In this document: in pieces, positions 10,168-20,796 of the stretch
Layout: each line of letters begins with the position of its first letter
Position numbering within the stretch: the stretch's first letter is position 1
Source of the DNA: Elusimicrobiota bacterium
GTDB taxonomy: Bacteria; Elusimicrobiota; Elusimicrobia; UBA1565; UBA9628
Direction: 5' to 3'
Assembly: GCA_027319565.1 (NCBI GenBank)
Contig: DAHVNA010000004.1
Coordinates: 1-64,000, forward strand
Length of the DNA: 64,000 nt
The notes under the pieces: model-generated
Told to the model about the DNA's origin: nothing
What the model saw: the letters and a program-made list of their open reading frames with translations, nothing else
The model's database searches: none
Translations under genes and position numbers: made by a program

Positions 10168-11002
10168 GTCTGTTTCCCTGTTTTTTAACGCCGATAAACC
10201 CGAAGCGGTGCGGAATTTAAAAAAAATCGCGGAGGTTTTGCGCTCGCATCGGGTCGACATCAATACCGAGGGGGATGCCGACTTTTTAAACCAGCTTGGC
10301 CGCTCCGATATCGCCATCGCCGTGGGCGGAGACGGGACGATGCTGAAGGCGGCGCGGAATGTCGCTCCTTTCGGGATTCCGCTTTTGGGAATCAATTCCG
10401 GCGGTTTGGGCTTTTTAGCCGGGCTGGAAGCCCCGGATTTTTCGCGCCGAGCGCGAGAGATTCTTTCCGGAAATTTTAGGCAAGAAGAGCGTTTGATGAT
10501 TGAGACTGATCTTTGGCGCGAGAAGGAAAAAATTTTTGGGCCGGTTCTGGCGCTTAACGATTGCGTCATTCGCTGCGGCGATCAGGCGCGCGCGGTGCTT
10601 TTGGAAATGAAGTCAGAGGGCCATAAGATCGCGGATTATTTGGGCGACGGCCTGATTGTCTCAACTCCGACGGGTTCCAGCGCCTACGCCCTGGCGGCCT
10701 CGGGGCCCTTGATCGAGCCGTCTTTACAGGTGCTATTGTCTTTGCCGATCTGTTCTCATATGATGACCCAGCGCCCCCTTATTTTCCCGGCCTCTGAACG
10801 GGTCTCGGTGATTTTACGCAAGCGCCGCTCCAACGACATCCCCCAGGTTTTTCTATCGATAGACGGGCAGATCTCTCGCCCGATAGATGTCGAAGACGAG
10901 GTTCATCTCCGCCGCTTCAAAAAACCTCTTAAAGTTTTGCTGAGTCCGGAATCTTCTTATTATGAGACCTTGCGGCGAAAAATTCACTGGGGAGAGAGGT
11001 AA
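10154..11002 (+). CDS. nadK: NAD kinase
   Basis: GGDGTML, GIN.GGLGFL, ALND, GDGLIVSTPTGSSAYALAASGP. Confidence 0.95.
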   Translation: MRAFKSVSLFFNADKPEAVRNLKKIAEVLRSHRVDINTEGDADFLNQLGRSDIAIAVGGDGTMLKAARNVAPFGIPLLGINSGGLGFLAGLEAPDFSRRAREILSGNFRQEERLMIETDLWREKEKIFGPVLALNDCVIRCGDQARAVLLEMKSEGHKIADYLGDGLIVSTPTGSSAYALAASGPLIEPSLQVLLSLPICSHMMTQRPLIFPASERVSVILRKRRSNDIPQVFLSIDGQISRPIDVEDEVHLRRFKKPLKVLLSPESSYYETLRRKIHWGER

Positions 11003-12708
11003 TGTTAAGATCCCTGCGCGTTAAAAATTTTGCCGTCATCGAGGAAGCGGAGCTGGATTTTTCGACCGGTTTTAACGTCCTGACCGGGGAAACCGGCGCC
11101 GGAAAATCTATTCTGATGGAGGCCTTGGGGTTTTTAATGGGAGGCCGCGGCAGCTCAAGCTGGATTCGTTCGGGGGCTAAGACTCTTCAAATTGAGGCGA
11201 CTTTTGAAGCTGGCGCTTGGTCTCATTTTTTGCCCCCGAAAACGGGGAAAACCGGCTCCCTGATTCATATCCGCCGAGAAATGGATGAGGGCGGCAAAAG
11301 CCGGGCTTTTATCAATGAAGAGCCCGTTGCGGCGGCGGTTTTGTCTCAGATCGCGGATTCTCTGATTGATTTCCACGGACAAAATCAACACCAGAAGTTG
11401 ATGAAACCCTCTTTTCAGCGGGAATTTTTGGACTCCTTTGCGCAAGAGGGCGATCTCTTAAAAGAAGTGAAAGCCTCTTTTGAGAGATGGTCTTTTCTCA
11501 AACAAAAAATTGAGTCCTTAAGCTTATCCGAGGCCGAGAGAAACGAAAAATTAGATTATCTGCGCTTTCGCTTATCTGAGCTTGAAGCGGCCCACCTTGA
11601 AGAAGGAGAAGAAGAAAAGTTGGAGGCGGAACTTCCGGCTTTAAGAAACGCCGAGCGCCTTAAATCTGCGGCTTTTGAGGCTTATGGAATTTTATATTCC
11701 AGCGAAGCGTCCTGCCTGGCCCAAGTTCAAGAATTAGACCGCCAACTCTTCGAATTGTCCAATTTGGACCCGTCTCTGGAGCGTTTAAAAACGTCTCTTT
11801 CTCAGGCGCGGGCAGCCCTTTCGGAGATCGCCGAGACCTTGTCGAATTATCAATCCCGCTTGAGCGTCGATCCGGCGAAACTAGACTCAATGTTGGGAAG
11901 GCTGGACCAAATTTCGCGGTTAAAGAAAAAATACGGCAAAGATTTCGCCGGACTCTTAAGTGAACAAAAAGCCATCGCCGAAGAAGTTTTTCGTCTTGAA
12001 AATAGAGAAGAAGGCTTGGGACAGCTTGAGCGCCAAAAAGCCGAGGCGGAATCGGAATTAAAACGATTGTGCGAAAAGCTTCACAACTCGAGGGTGAAGG
12101 GAGCTCAGAAGCTTGAAAGAGCCTTATCCGCCGAGTTTAAGGGTTTGGGCCTGGGGCATGCGGAGTTCAAAATTTCAATTGAAATGGAAGAGGGAAATTA
12201 TCATGCCTGTGGGGCCGATGAAATCGAATTCATGTTTGCTGCCAACCCCGGAGCTTCTTTAAGGCCTCTGAGAGAAACCGCCTCGGGAGGAGAATTGTCG
12301 CGCGTGATGTTGGGCCTTAAAACGGTCCTAGCCCAGGCGGATAAGACCCCGGTTTTGATTTTTGACGAAGTCGACGCCGGGGTGGGGGGAGCGGCGGCTC
12401 GCGCCATTGGAGAAAAGTTGCTTCATCTGGCTAGAGGACGGCAAATTTTATGCGTGACCCATCTGCCTCAGATTGCGAGCCTGGCCCAAACCCAATTTCA
12501 CGTCTCAAAAGAAGTGAGCGCTGGAGCGGTGAAAACCCAGGTCAAAAAATTGTCGGGCGATGGGCGCCTTGAGGTCCTTGCGGTGATGCTGGGCGGAAGC
12601 CCCACGCCTGCCAGTTTCCGGCATGCCCGAGAGCTTTTGGAAGAATCCTCAAGGCAGGAAAAAGTTTATCCTGAAAAAGAGCGCGTGGAAAAGGCAGGGA
12701 AAAAATAA
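11002..12708 (+). CDS. recN: DNA repair protein RecN
   Basis: LTGETGAGKS, HGQ, coiled coil, ASGGELSR, IFDEVDAGVGG, VTHLPQIA. Confidence 0.97.
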   Translation: MLRSLRVKNFAVIEEAELDFSTGFNVLTGETGAGKSILMEALGFLMGGRGSSSWIRSGAKTLQIEATFEAGAWSHFLPPKTGKTGSLIHIRREMDEGGKSRAFINEEPVAAAVLSQIADSLIDFHGQNQHQKLMKPSFQREFLDSFAQEGDLLKEVKASFERWSFLKQKIESLSLSEAERNEKLDYLRFRLSELEAAHLEEGEEEKLEAELPALRNAERLKSAAFEAYGILYSSEASCLAQVQELDRQLFELSNLDPSLERLKTSLSQARAALSEIAETLSNYQSRLSVDPAKLDSMLGRLDQISRLKKKYGKDFAGLLSEQKAIAEEVFRLENREEGLGQLERQKAEAESELKRLCEKLHNSRVKGAQKLERALSAEFKGLGLGHAEFKISIEMEEGNYHACGADEIEFMFAANPGASLRPLRETASGGELSRVMLGLKTVLAQADKTPVLIFDEVDAGVGGAAARAIGEKLLHLARGRQILCVTHLPQIASLAQTQFHVSKEVSAGAVKTQVKKLSGDGRLEVLAVMLGGSPTPASFRHARELLEESSRQEKVYPEKERVEKAGKK

Positions 12709-14174
12709 TGAAAATTAGAACTCGTTTCGCTCCGTCTCCGACGGGGTTTCTTCATATCGGCGGGGCGCGCACCGCACTTTTTAACTGGCTTTTCGCGCGC
12801 AAACATAAAGGAACTTTTGTTCTTCGCATCGAAGACACCGATGAGGTCAGGTCCACCGAGGATTCGGTTCAAGCCATTTTAGATTCCATCCGCTGGCTGG
12901 GGCTTAATTGGGACGAAGGCCCCAAAGACAGCCGATTAAGCGCGGGGCCTTACGGGCCTTATTTCCAGATGCAGCGTTTGGATATCTATAAAAAATTCTT
13001 GGACCAGTTGATGCGGGACGGGAAGGCCTATCGCTGCTATTGTTCAAAGGAAGATTTAGATGAAATGCGTCGCTTGGCCGCTTTGGAGAAGCGTCCGCCG
13101 CGCTATGACGGCCGATGCCGGAACCTTACGGACCATCAAAAAAAAGAATACGAAGCCGCCGGAAAAAAATATTCGATACGTTTTAAAATGCCCGATTCCG
13201 GAACGACCACGGTGGATGATTTAATTCGGAGCAAGGTTTCTTTTGAAAACAACCTCCTTCAAGATTTTGTCATCGTTAAAACCAGCGGGGTTCCGACATA
13301 CAATTTCGCCTGCGTGATTGACGATCACTTAATGGAAATAAGCCATGTCATTCGGGGCGATGAGCATTTGTCCAATACCCCCTCTCAGCTGAGGCTTTAC
13401 GAGGCTTTGGGGTGGACGCCTCCGGCTTTCGCCCATTTGTCTATGATTTTGGGGCCAGACGGCGCTAAATTGTCCAAGCGGCATGGAGCGACCTCGGTTT
13501 TGGAATATAAAAATGAAGGCTTTATCCCCGGAGCCTTGAGAAATTATCTCGCGCTTTTAGGGTGGGCGACGAAAAACTCCCAAGACCTGTTCTCCTATGA
13601 AGAACTTATCTCCAGTTTCGATATCGAGGGCTGCCAAAAAAATCCCGCGACTTTTGATAACGCCAAGCTGACCTGGATGAATGGAGAATATATCCGCAAG
13701 ATGCCGATTTCGGAACTGATAGAGGCCGCTAATCCTTTTCTGGAACAGGCCGGCATTCATCCGTCTTCGGATTCTGCCCCTCTTGAAGCCGCGATTTCCT
13801 TAGAACACCAAAAATATAAAAAACTAACGGAAATCCCCGCTTTGATTAGTTTTTTCTATCAGCCCCTTGAGATTTCGCCTGCCGCGCGGGAAAAATCCCT
13901 TTCCGCTCCCGAGGTCCCGGGTATTCTTGAAGGCTTATCGGTTCTCTTTGAGACCATGGCGAGTTTTAAGGAAAAAGAAATTGAGGCCGCCGTTCGCCAA
14001 TATGCCCAGCAAAAAGGCTTTAAAGCCGGGCAGGTTTTTCATCCGCTTCGCGCGGCTGTTTCAGGAAGAACAGACGGGCCGACCCTTTTTTTAATGCTGG
14101 AGGTGATGGGGCGAGAGGAGGTCATTAAAAGGCTTAAGGCGTCTTCTCGGCTATTGGCCGCCGGCCCAGCCTAA
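12708..14174 (+). CDS. gltX: Glutamate--tRNA ligase
   Basis: RFAPSPTGFLHIGG, LRIEDTD, CYC, HVIRGDEH, KLSKRHG. Confidence 0.97.
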   Translation: MKIRTRFAPSPTGFLHIGGARTALFNWLFARKHKGTFVLRIEDTDEVRSTEDSVQAILDSIRWLGLNWDEGPKDSRLSAGPYGPYFQMQRLDIYKKFLDQLMRDGKAYRCYCSKEDLDEMRRLAALEKRPPRYDGRCRNLTDHQKKEYEAAGKKYSIRFKMPDSGTTTVDDLIRSKVSFENNLLQDFVIVKTSGVPTYNFACVIDDHLMEISHVIRGDEHLSNTPSQLRLYEALGWTPPAFAHLSMILGPDGAKLSKRHGATSVLEYKNEGFIPGALRNYLALLGWATKNSQDLFSYEELISSFDIEGCQKNPATFDNAKLTWMNGEYIRKMPISELIEAANPFLEQAGIHPSSDSAPLEAAISLEHQKYKKLTEIPALISFFYQPLEISPAAREKSLSAPEVPGILEGLSVLFETMASFKEKEIEAAVRQYAQQKGFKAGQVFHPLRAAVSGRTDGPTLFLMLEVMGREEVIKRLKASSRLLAAGPA

Positions 14175-14263
14175 GTCCTAAAATATGGTAGCTTGTAATG
14201 GCGAACTTTTTGTAATTTAAAGCGTAATAGATTTAAGTCATATAGACAGCGAAGGAGAAAAAT

Positions 14264-14731
14264 ATGAAAACCGCGGTTAAAAAGAAATTAGCTCCTAAAA
14301 AGACGGCGACAAAATCCCCCGTGTCCGGGAATTTTTCGGCGATCCATAAAGAGCTTCTGGAAATGAAAGAGGATCTGCTCAAAACCGTTTCACGGAAATC
14401 TCTTCCAGATGATTCCGAAATGGGAGATTCCATGGACCAGGCGAATCTTTCAACGGAAAAAGAGCTTATTTTCGAATTGTCGGACAATGAGCGCGTGACC
14501 TTAGACCAGATCGAGGCCGCTATCAGAAAAATCGAGAAGGGAATCTACGGCCTTTGTGAATCTTGCCATAATCCAATTCCCAAGCCGCGGCTTAAGGCGC
14601 TGCCTTTCGCGCGCTACTGCATTTCTTGCCAGAGCGCTTCCGAGCATGCTTCTGTGGAAGAGTCCGCGGAAGACTTGGCCGATGTCGCGGTGGGGGGCGA
14701 CGATAAAGATTCCGACTTCGGCGTCGCATAA
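14264..14731 (+). CDS. dksA: DksA/TraR C4-type zinc finger protein
   Basis: D.MDQA coiled-coil tip, YGLCESC..PIP..RL.ALP.ARYCISC; AAGGAG RBS. Confidence 0.85.
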   Translation: MKTAVKKKLAPKKTATKSPVSGNFSAIHKELLEMKEDLLKTVSRKSLPDDSEMGDSMDQANLSTEKELIFELSDNERVTLDQIEAAIRKIEKGIYGLCESCHNPIPKPRLKALPFARYCISCQSASEHASVEESAEDLADVAVGGDDKDSDFGVA

Positions 14732-14746
14732 AAAATTCAGCTCAAT

Positions 14747-14785
14747 AAAATCCCCCTTCTCATCTTAAGAGAAGGGGGATTTTTT
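14747..14785 (+). terminator. Rho-independent terminator after dksA
   Basis: AAAATCCCCCTTCTC-ATCTTAA-GAGAAGGGGGATTTTTT perfect stem plus T tract. Confidence 0.9.
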
Positions 14786-14851
14786 ATGTATTGAATTTTT
14801 AACAACTTTCATCTACACTCTCTCTGAACGCTTTTAAAGCGTTGATCTTTT

Positions 14852-17215
14852 ATGCCTTATTATCTCTATAGAGAAAATAGAATCTCCGGGCCTTACAAAT
14901 TGGCGGATATCCAATCTTGGGCGGGATCTCCCGACACCTTAATTTGCGAAGAGGATGCGGGATTACCCGATGGGCGTTGGTGTTCATTAACGGATTTGTT
15001 TGGCGGGGGAGGTTTACTTAAGAACTCTTTTGTCAACCAAGAAGAGGCCTCTCGGGAAGATCTTGATGAGTTGGAGTGGGCCATTCCTTTTTTTAAGAAC
15101 GACTCTAAAAAAATAAAAGATGATGCCCCTCAATTCTCGCAACTACAAGAAAAATTAAAAGGCGATTGGTTTAATGAATCTCAGACCCCTTTGTTTGGTT
15201 TTCCGCCCCAGCGTCCAGAATTTCTGATGCCGCAGGCGCCTGTAACGCCTGCGCAGCCACAGGCGTCTCCGCCACCGCCTGATTTTGAGCAGATTCTCAA
15301 GAGATATCTTGATATCTTTGAAGAGAGGCTTGAATCATTAAAAGAGATTCGACTGGCGAACATTTCTTCAGAGAAAAAAGACAATGAAAAGCTCGGGACT
15401 CCTCCGGTGAAAGCCTCTCCAGCGCCAACTTCCGTCAATCAAGAATCGTCTCCTCCCGCGCCGCCTCTTGCTTTTGCTCAGATGCCACCTCCTCCTGTTT
15501 TTAAACCGGCGCCTATTGCCCTCAAGATCCAGCCTCTTGCTCCTGTATCTCCGCCGCAGACCGATGTTTCGCCAGAAAAAAAAGACGATGACAAGGTGGA
15601 AACGCTTCCAGTTCAGGTCTCTTTGGCGGAAATTCCCGCCAATCAAGAACCGCCTCGAGCGGATGAAAACGGAGGAGAACTCCACTTTCAGATGGGAGAA
15701 TCTTTTGATTCCGCAGAGGCAACCGACGGCTTAAATATTCAGATGGGAGATTCCTTTGAAGTTGTTGAGGAAACCCCCGCGCAAGAGGAGACTCAGAATA
15801 TCACCCTCCGTCCTCCAGCGCAGTTCCCTCAAGAAACAGAAACCCCAATGGCTGTAAGCCCCTCTAGCGCTGAATCTGCTCAGCCTTTAGAGCAAACCCT
15901 TGAACAAAAGCCAGTTGAATTAGAATCTCCGCTGGCGGCGGTTTCTCCCGTTGCGGAATCTCCTCAAATTCAGATTTCTCCTGTTCCTCAAGAAACTTTA
16001 AGCGAATTGTCGGCGCCTCAGAGCGCTTCCGGAGGAGGGGAATTAAATCCCGCGCCTGTTGCCTCTGAAATTCCGCTGGCAGCTCCGTCAATGGAAAATC
16101 CAGGCGGGAGTTCTCCTCCTGGAGAAATGGCCTCTTTTACATTCCCAGTGAGCAGTCCAAGCCCCGAGAATCCGGTCCCTACGGAAAACTCTTCGGTTCC
16201 CGGCGCTCCGGAGAGTTTGATCCAATTTTCATCTCCCAGCGATGCATTGAGTCCTGGGCAATTTCCGCCTCAAAGCGCCGCTCTTGGAACTACGCCCCAG
16301 AGTATGCTTGACAGCTCGCTCCAATCCGGACAAGGCAGTTCCGCGGAACCCTTGATTACCCCGATTTTTAACGAACCCAACTCTCCCAGCGCTTTCCCTG
16401 GAGATATGCCGCCAGGCTTTGGCGCTCCAGCGTCCCTGGAGGCGGGCGCTCCCAGTCCATTTCAGAGTTCTCCGGATTCGCAAGAGTTGTTGAACCGATT
16501 TGCTAAACCCGAGGCTTCGGCTCCAGATAAGAATCAGACGAAAAAATCGTCCCCCAAAAAGCGTTCAAAAATTCTTCCGGTTTTAGGTCTTGGCGCCGTT
16601 GCCTTGGCGGCGGTTTCGTTTTTCCTGTTCTTTAGAAATCCCAAGGATATCAGCAGTATGCTCAGTCCCGGCTCAAACCAACGGCCGTTGGGAATGGACC
16701 AATCTCCACAAACTCCCGTCGCAAACTCGCAGTCAGCGCCAAGTTTGCCAATGTCTTCGGCTCCCTCTGCGGCAACGCCTCCTTCCGTTTCTCAAAATCC
16801 TTCTCCAGTTTCTCAAGAATCGGCCAATGCGGCTTCCCAGTCGCCGACTCCAGAAGCGCCCAGTTCTCCATTGCCTCAAAGCTCGGAAAATCCCGCCGTC
16901 AAAACGGTTAAAACCCCTTCAGAGAAAGCGATTGATTTTGTCAAACAATATCCGCTGGAGGGCTCCGCCGCAAACGTGGGAAGTTGGCTTGATTATGCTT
17001 TTGGAGCGGACGCGGATGCTAAGCAAGAATGGAGCGCGGGTAAATTATCCCAAGGAATTTACCTCGTTCGCTACCGCGTGACCTTTGGAAACTCTTCCAA
17101 GCGCAAGGCGATTGTCTATTTGTTTCAGTCCGATCCATCCGGTGAAATGGTTCTGGGCGATAACGCCGCGGCTCGTAATCTCCTCTCGGGTCGGATTCCC
17201 AAGATTCGCCGGTAA
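14852..17215 (+). CDS. Bitopic membrane protein: N-terminal GYF_2/DUF4339-like domain, long Pro/Ser/Glu-rich linker, TM, extracytoplasmic C-terminal domain
   Basis: YYLY....ISGPY.L.DI.....PDTLIC......W pattern; low-complexity middle; KKRSK followed by ILPVLGLGAVALAAVSFFLFF. Confidence 0.65.
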   Translation: MPYYLYRENRISGPYKLADIQSWAGSPDTLICEEDAGLPDGRWCSLTDLFGGGGLLKNSFVNQEEASREDLDELEWAIPFFKNDSKKIKDDAPQFSQLQEKLKGDWFNESQTPLFGFPPQRPEFLMPQAPVTPAQPQASPPPPDFEQILKRYLDIFEERLESLKEIRLANISSEKKDNEKLGTPPVKASPAPTSVNQESSPPAPPLAFAQMPPPPVFKPAPIALKIQPLAPVSPPQTDVSPEKKDDDKVETLPVQVSLAEIPANQEPPRADENGGELHFQMGESFDSAEATDGLNIQMGDSFEVVEETPAQEETQNITLRPPAQFPQETETPMAVSPSSAESAQPLEQTLEQKPVELESPLAAVSPVAESPQIQISPVPQETLSELSAPQSASGGGELNPAPVASEIPLAAPSMENPGGSSPPGEMASFTFPVSSPSPENPVPTENSSVPGAPESLIQFSSPSDALSPGQFPPQSAALGTTPQSMLDSSLQSGQGSSAEPLITPIFNEPNSPSAFPGDMPPGFGAPASLEAGAPSPFQSSPDSQELLNRFAKPEASAPDKNQTKKSSPKKRSKILPVLGLGAVALAAVSFFLFFRNPKDISSMLSPGSNQRPLGMDQSPQTPVANSQSAPSLPMSSAPSAATPPSVSQNPSPVSQESANAASQSPTPEAPSSPLPQSSENPAVKTVKTPSEKAIDFVKQYPLEGSAANVGSWLDYAFGADADAKQEWSAGKLSQGIYLVRYRVTFGNSSKRKAIVYLFQSDPSGEMVLGDNAAARNLLSGRIPKIRR

Positions 17216-17246
17216 AATATTTCGCAAATTATGCTAATTTGGACCT

Positions 17247-18770
17247 GTGAGACATTTCATTCATTTAGGCATACTTGACTGGGCGATTTTAGTCGCCTAT
17301 GTCGCGATCATCTCCGGCATCGGTTTTTGGGCGGCGCGGCGCGTTAAAAAAAATACGGATGATTATTTTTTGGCGGGACGCTCGATTCCTTCCTTCGTGA
17401 CCTGGGCCAGCTTCGTGGCCACCTGCCTTAGCGCGGTCACTTTTATCGGAGTTCCGGCGGAGGGCTATTCCTCTGATTTCAGATATTTGTTAAGTAGTCC
17501 CGGGGATATCGCCGCTACTTTTTTCATCGCCTACGCTTTTTTGCCGCATTTTCAAAAATTACGGGTGACTTCCATTTATGAGGCGATAGGCCTGCGTTTT
17601 GGATCTTCCGTCCGAACTCTATCCTCGGCTTATTTTCTAATCACGCGCCTTCTTGCATCGACCGTTCGCGTGGTCGCGGTGGCGAAGGTTCTTGAGGTGG
17701 TCAGCGGCGGGGGGCTTTCTTATTTAAATAGCGTTTTGATCATTGTCGGCTTTATTTTAGTCTATGCGACCTTTGGGGGCGGGCGCGCGGTCGCCTGGAC
17801 CGACACCATCCAATTTTTTCTTTTAATTGGAGGAGCCGTGGCGGCTTTGTTTTATCTTCTGACCCATATTCCGGGCGGCGTTTTAACCGTCATCGCCTTG
17901 GGCCGACACGCGGTTAAACCGGACGGAACGGTCTATAATAAATTTAATTTTTTGAATTTGTTAAGTCCGCCCAATCTTGGGATTCTCGCTTTGATGATGA
18001 TTTGGGGGTTTTTTAATTCCTCGGCCGCATACGGCACCGATCAGGACATGGTCCAACGGCTCTTGGCCTGCCGCGATGAGAAAGGGGCGCGCTTGAGCCT
18101 GATGATGTGGGGGCTTTCTAACGTTCCCATCGTCTTTGTGTTTTTAAGCATCGGAGCTTCTCTTTATGCCTATGCCCATTTTCACCCGGAATTAATATCC
18201 GGGATGCACGACCCCGACCATATTTTCCCGCGTTTTATCTTGACGGTGGTCCCTAGCGGTTTAAGGGGTCTTTTGCTGGCCGCTGTTTTTTCCGCCGCGA
18301 TGGGAAGCGCCGATTCCGCCATGGCGTCTTTAGCGACTTCGTTTATCGTTGATTTCTATGTGCCCTTTATTAATCCGAAGTCATCTCAAGAAAATAGGCT
18401 CAAGGCTTCCAAAATTTCATTTCTCGCTTTTGGTGTTTTCTTTATCGTTTTCGCCCTGATTTTAAGGCATTTAGACAATCTTTTGTGGCTGGCCTTTCGT
18501 ATTACCGCCTTTACCTATGGGCCGCTCTTGGGAATTTTTATAGTGGCGATACTGACTGGTTGGAAGCTCAAAGGCAGAAACCTCAGCATTTTGGCGGTTT
18601 CAACGAGTTTCTTGACCGCTGTCATGGCCGCTACCGCATGGATTGAGACTCTACATGGGGCGCGAGGATTTTGGAAAAATCTACATGAGACTTATTGGCC
18701 GCTTTATGTCGTTTTTGGCGCGATACTCGTCGTTTTCGGCTCGTATTTGTCACAAGAAAAAAGCGCTTAG
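17247..18770 (+). CDS. Sodium:solute symporter family protein
   Basis: DYFLAGRS, SAVTFIGVP, GG.RAVAWTD.IQ, GTDQDMVQRLL, AAMGS.DS. Confidence 0.93.
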   Translation: MRHFIHLGILDWAILVAYVAIISGIGFWAARRVKKNTDDYFLAGRSIPSFVTWASFVATCLSAVTFIGVPAEGYSSDFRYLLSSPGDIAATFFIAYAFLPHFQKLRVTSIYEAIGLRFGSSVRTLSSAYFLITRLLASTVRVVAVAKVLEVVSGGGLSYLNSVLIIVGFILVYATFGGGRAVAWTDTIQFFLLIGGAVAALFYLLTHIPGGVLTVIALGRHAVKPDGTVYNKFNFLNLLSPPNLGILALMMIWGFFNSSAAYGTDQDMVQRLLACRDEKGARLSLMMWGLSNVPIVFVFLSIGASLYAYAHFHPELISGMHDPDHIFPRFILTVVPSGLRGLLLAAVFSAAMGSADSAMASLATSFIVDFYVPFINPKSSQENRLKASKISFLAFGVFFIVFALILRHLDNLLWLAFRITAFTYGPLLGIFIVAILTGWKLKGRNLSILAVSTSFLTAVMAATAWIETLHGARGFWKNLHETYWPLYVVFGAILVVFGSYLSQEKSA

Positions 18771-20740
18771 TTCTCAACCGAAGACAGGACTCGGACCGGT
18801 AAAACCATGGAGTTAAGCCCTAAAAACTGAAGGCGTTTTTGCATTTGATAGGCCGTTTCATTGTGAAGCACCCGGTGAAACCAATTTTCATGTTGGAAGA
18901 TGAGCTTTCCGGCAAAAACAATGGCGCGCGGGTATTCTTTGGATAAATTGACGCATAGCTTCTCGGCTTCGGTGACGACTTCGGTTCCTATCCCAACGCG
19001 GAAATCGCTGGCAAACCCGAAACTATGCGCGAGAGCGACATAACGCTTAAGCGACTCTTCGGTCTCTTTCTGAACATCTTCGACCGCTTGAACGCCCTTA
19101 AAAGACGCGCTGTCGACCACCCCGATGGAAATAAAGATGAAATTTTTGAAATAGTTGGGAAAGAGTTTTTGAATGGAAAGAATGCAGTGGACGCCAAGCC
19201 CGCTGTATCCGCCCACGAGAATGACGGCGGTTGGAGCTTTAGGGTCCAAGGCGGGGAAATCGGTTTTTTCTGTTTGCGGGATATTCATCAAAATTGAATC
19301 AAGACGTTTAAAATCTTTCTGAAGAGAAACGTAATGGCTTTTGATGAGAAAACAGAGTCCAATCAGTGCGGCGGTCGTTGCCAAGGTGACCCATCCGCCC
19401 TGAGTGAATTTTTCAATCGTATTGAGAGCTAGAATCGAAAAACAGAGACAAAAGCCGATGATATGAACGCTGATTTTTTTGTACCAATCAGGGCGGCTTT
19501 TCCGGGAATGAATCCAGAACCGGATCATGGAGGCTTCGGTCAAGCAGAAGGTGATAAACACGTTGATGGCGTACATCAAAACCAGGGTTTCGGTGTTTCC
19601 GCGCGCGTAGAGTAGCATCAGCGCCGAGGCTCCGGAAATAAGCAGAATCCCGTCTTGAGTGGTCAAGCGGTCCGACAAGGTTGAAAATCGGTGAGGGAGC
19701 CAGGAATCATGGGCCATATTGGCCATGACCCTGGGGCCGTCAATAAACCCTGTTTGAGCGGCGACATAGAGAAGGGCTGCTTCCGAAAATAAGGTGGGAA
19801 TGACAAACCATTTTCCCAGAGTGGGAGACAGGCCCAACAATTGAACGAATCGGGTCGATAAAACGGCGTTCATCGTCTGTCCGGGAACGGGTTCCACATG
19901 GACCAGCAAGTAGGCAAGAAGGATTCCGCCGGCGGTCACGGCTAAAGAGACGGCCATGTAGGTCATTGTCTTTTTTCCCGTTTCTACCTTCGGTTCCCGC
20001 ATGATGGCTAGACCATTTGAGACCGCCTCAAGACCGGTATAGGTCCCGGCGCCCATGGAGTACGAATGGAGAAAAAGAGCCGCCATTCCCATGAGCCCGA
20101 TGGTCGCCATTCCGCCGCTAAATCCAGCGTGGACTTGATGGGCGACGATGGGAAAAGATCCGAGTTTAAGCCCAATCGTCCCAAATATGAGTATGAGGTG
20201 AGTTAGAATAAAAAAGAGAAATACCGGCATCATCGCCTCGACGGATTCCTTGACCCCTCTGAGATTGAGTCCCGCTAGAAAGCCGATAATGCAAAACTCA
20301 AGGGGGAATTTCCACATTTGATAGGAATAAGGCAAAAAGCTAAAGAAGGCATCAGTCCCCGCGGCAATCGAGGTGGTGATAGTGAGGACATAGTCGATTA
20401 AAAGGGCCGATCCGGAAATAACGCCGAAAGAAGGTCCCAAGAGTTTGGTCGCGACCACATAGCCGCCCCCTCCAAAGGGAAAATGTTCGATGACCCGAGA
20501 ATAAGCGTAGGAAATAATAAAAATACTAAGGGCTACGGCCAAGGCTACCAAGATCAACAGGTAGTGATTGGATCCGAGAACTCTAAAAGACTCATCAGGA
20601 CCGTAACAGGAAGAGGACAAGCCGTCAGCGCCTAGCCCTATCCAGGCCAGAAAAGCGACCAGAGAAATGCGGTGAAAGACTTGCGGATCCCGTACGTCTT
20701 GAGGCTTTCCAAAGACTAGGCGTTTAATTTTTTGAAACAT
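18767..20740 (-). CDS. APC-superfamily permease (KimA/YdaO-like, possible K+ transporter)
   Basis: GADGLSSSCYGP, YTGLEAVSNG, DGPRVMANMA.D.WLP, cytoplasmic C-terminal domain with LHNETA. Confidence 0.85.
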   Translation of the reverse strand: MFQKIKRLVFGKPQDVRDPQVFHRISLVAFLAWIGLGADGLSSSCYGPDESFRVLGSNHYLLILVALAVALSIFIISYAYSRVIEHFPFGGGGYVVATKLLGPSFGVISGSALLIDYVLTITTSIAAGTDAFFSFLPYSYQMWKFPLEFCIIGFLAGLNLRGVKESVEAMMPVFLFFILTHLILIFGTIGLKLGSFPIVAHQVHAGFSGGMATIGLMGMAALFLHSYSMGAGTYTGLEAVSNGLAIMREPKVETGKKTMTYMAVSLAVTAGGILLAYLLVHVEPVPGQTMNAVLSTRFVQLLGLSPTLGKWFVIPTLFSEAALLYVAAQTGFIDGPRVMANMAHDSWLPHRFSTLSDRLTTQDGILLISGASALMLLYARGNTETLVLMYAINVFITFCLTEASMIRFWIHSRKSRPDWYKKISVHIIGFCLCFSILALNTIEKFTQGGWVTLATTAALIGLCFLIKSHYVSLQKDFKRLDSILMNIPQTEKTDFPALDPKAPTAVILVGGYSGLGVHCILSIQKLFPNYFKNFIFISIGVVDSASFKGVQAVEDVQKETEESLKRYVALAHSFGFASDFRVGIGTEVVTEAEKLCVNLSKEYPRAIVFAGKLIFQHENWFHRVLHNETAYQMQKRLQFLGLNSMVLPVRVLSSVEN

Positions 20741-20796
20741 CGAAACTCTCTAGAAGCGGGCTATTGAAAGCGCGCTTTTGGAAAGTTCCAAGTTCA

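Noticed and set aside
14163..14182. Further copy of the TAGG motif upstream of dksA (GCCTAAGTCCTA)
   Set aside because: Only a half site, overlapping the gltX stop, with no -10 at the 38-nt spacing.
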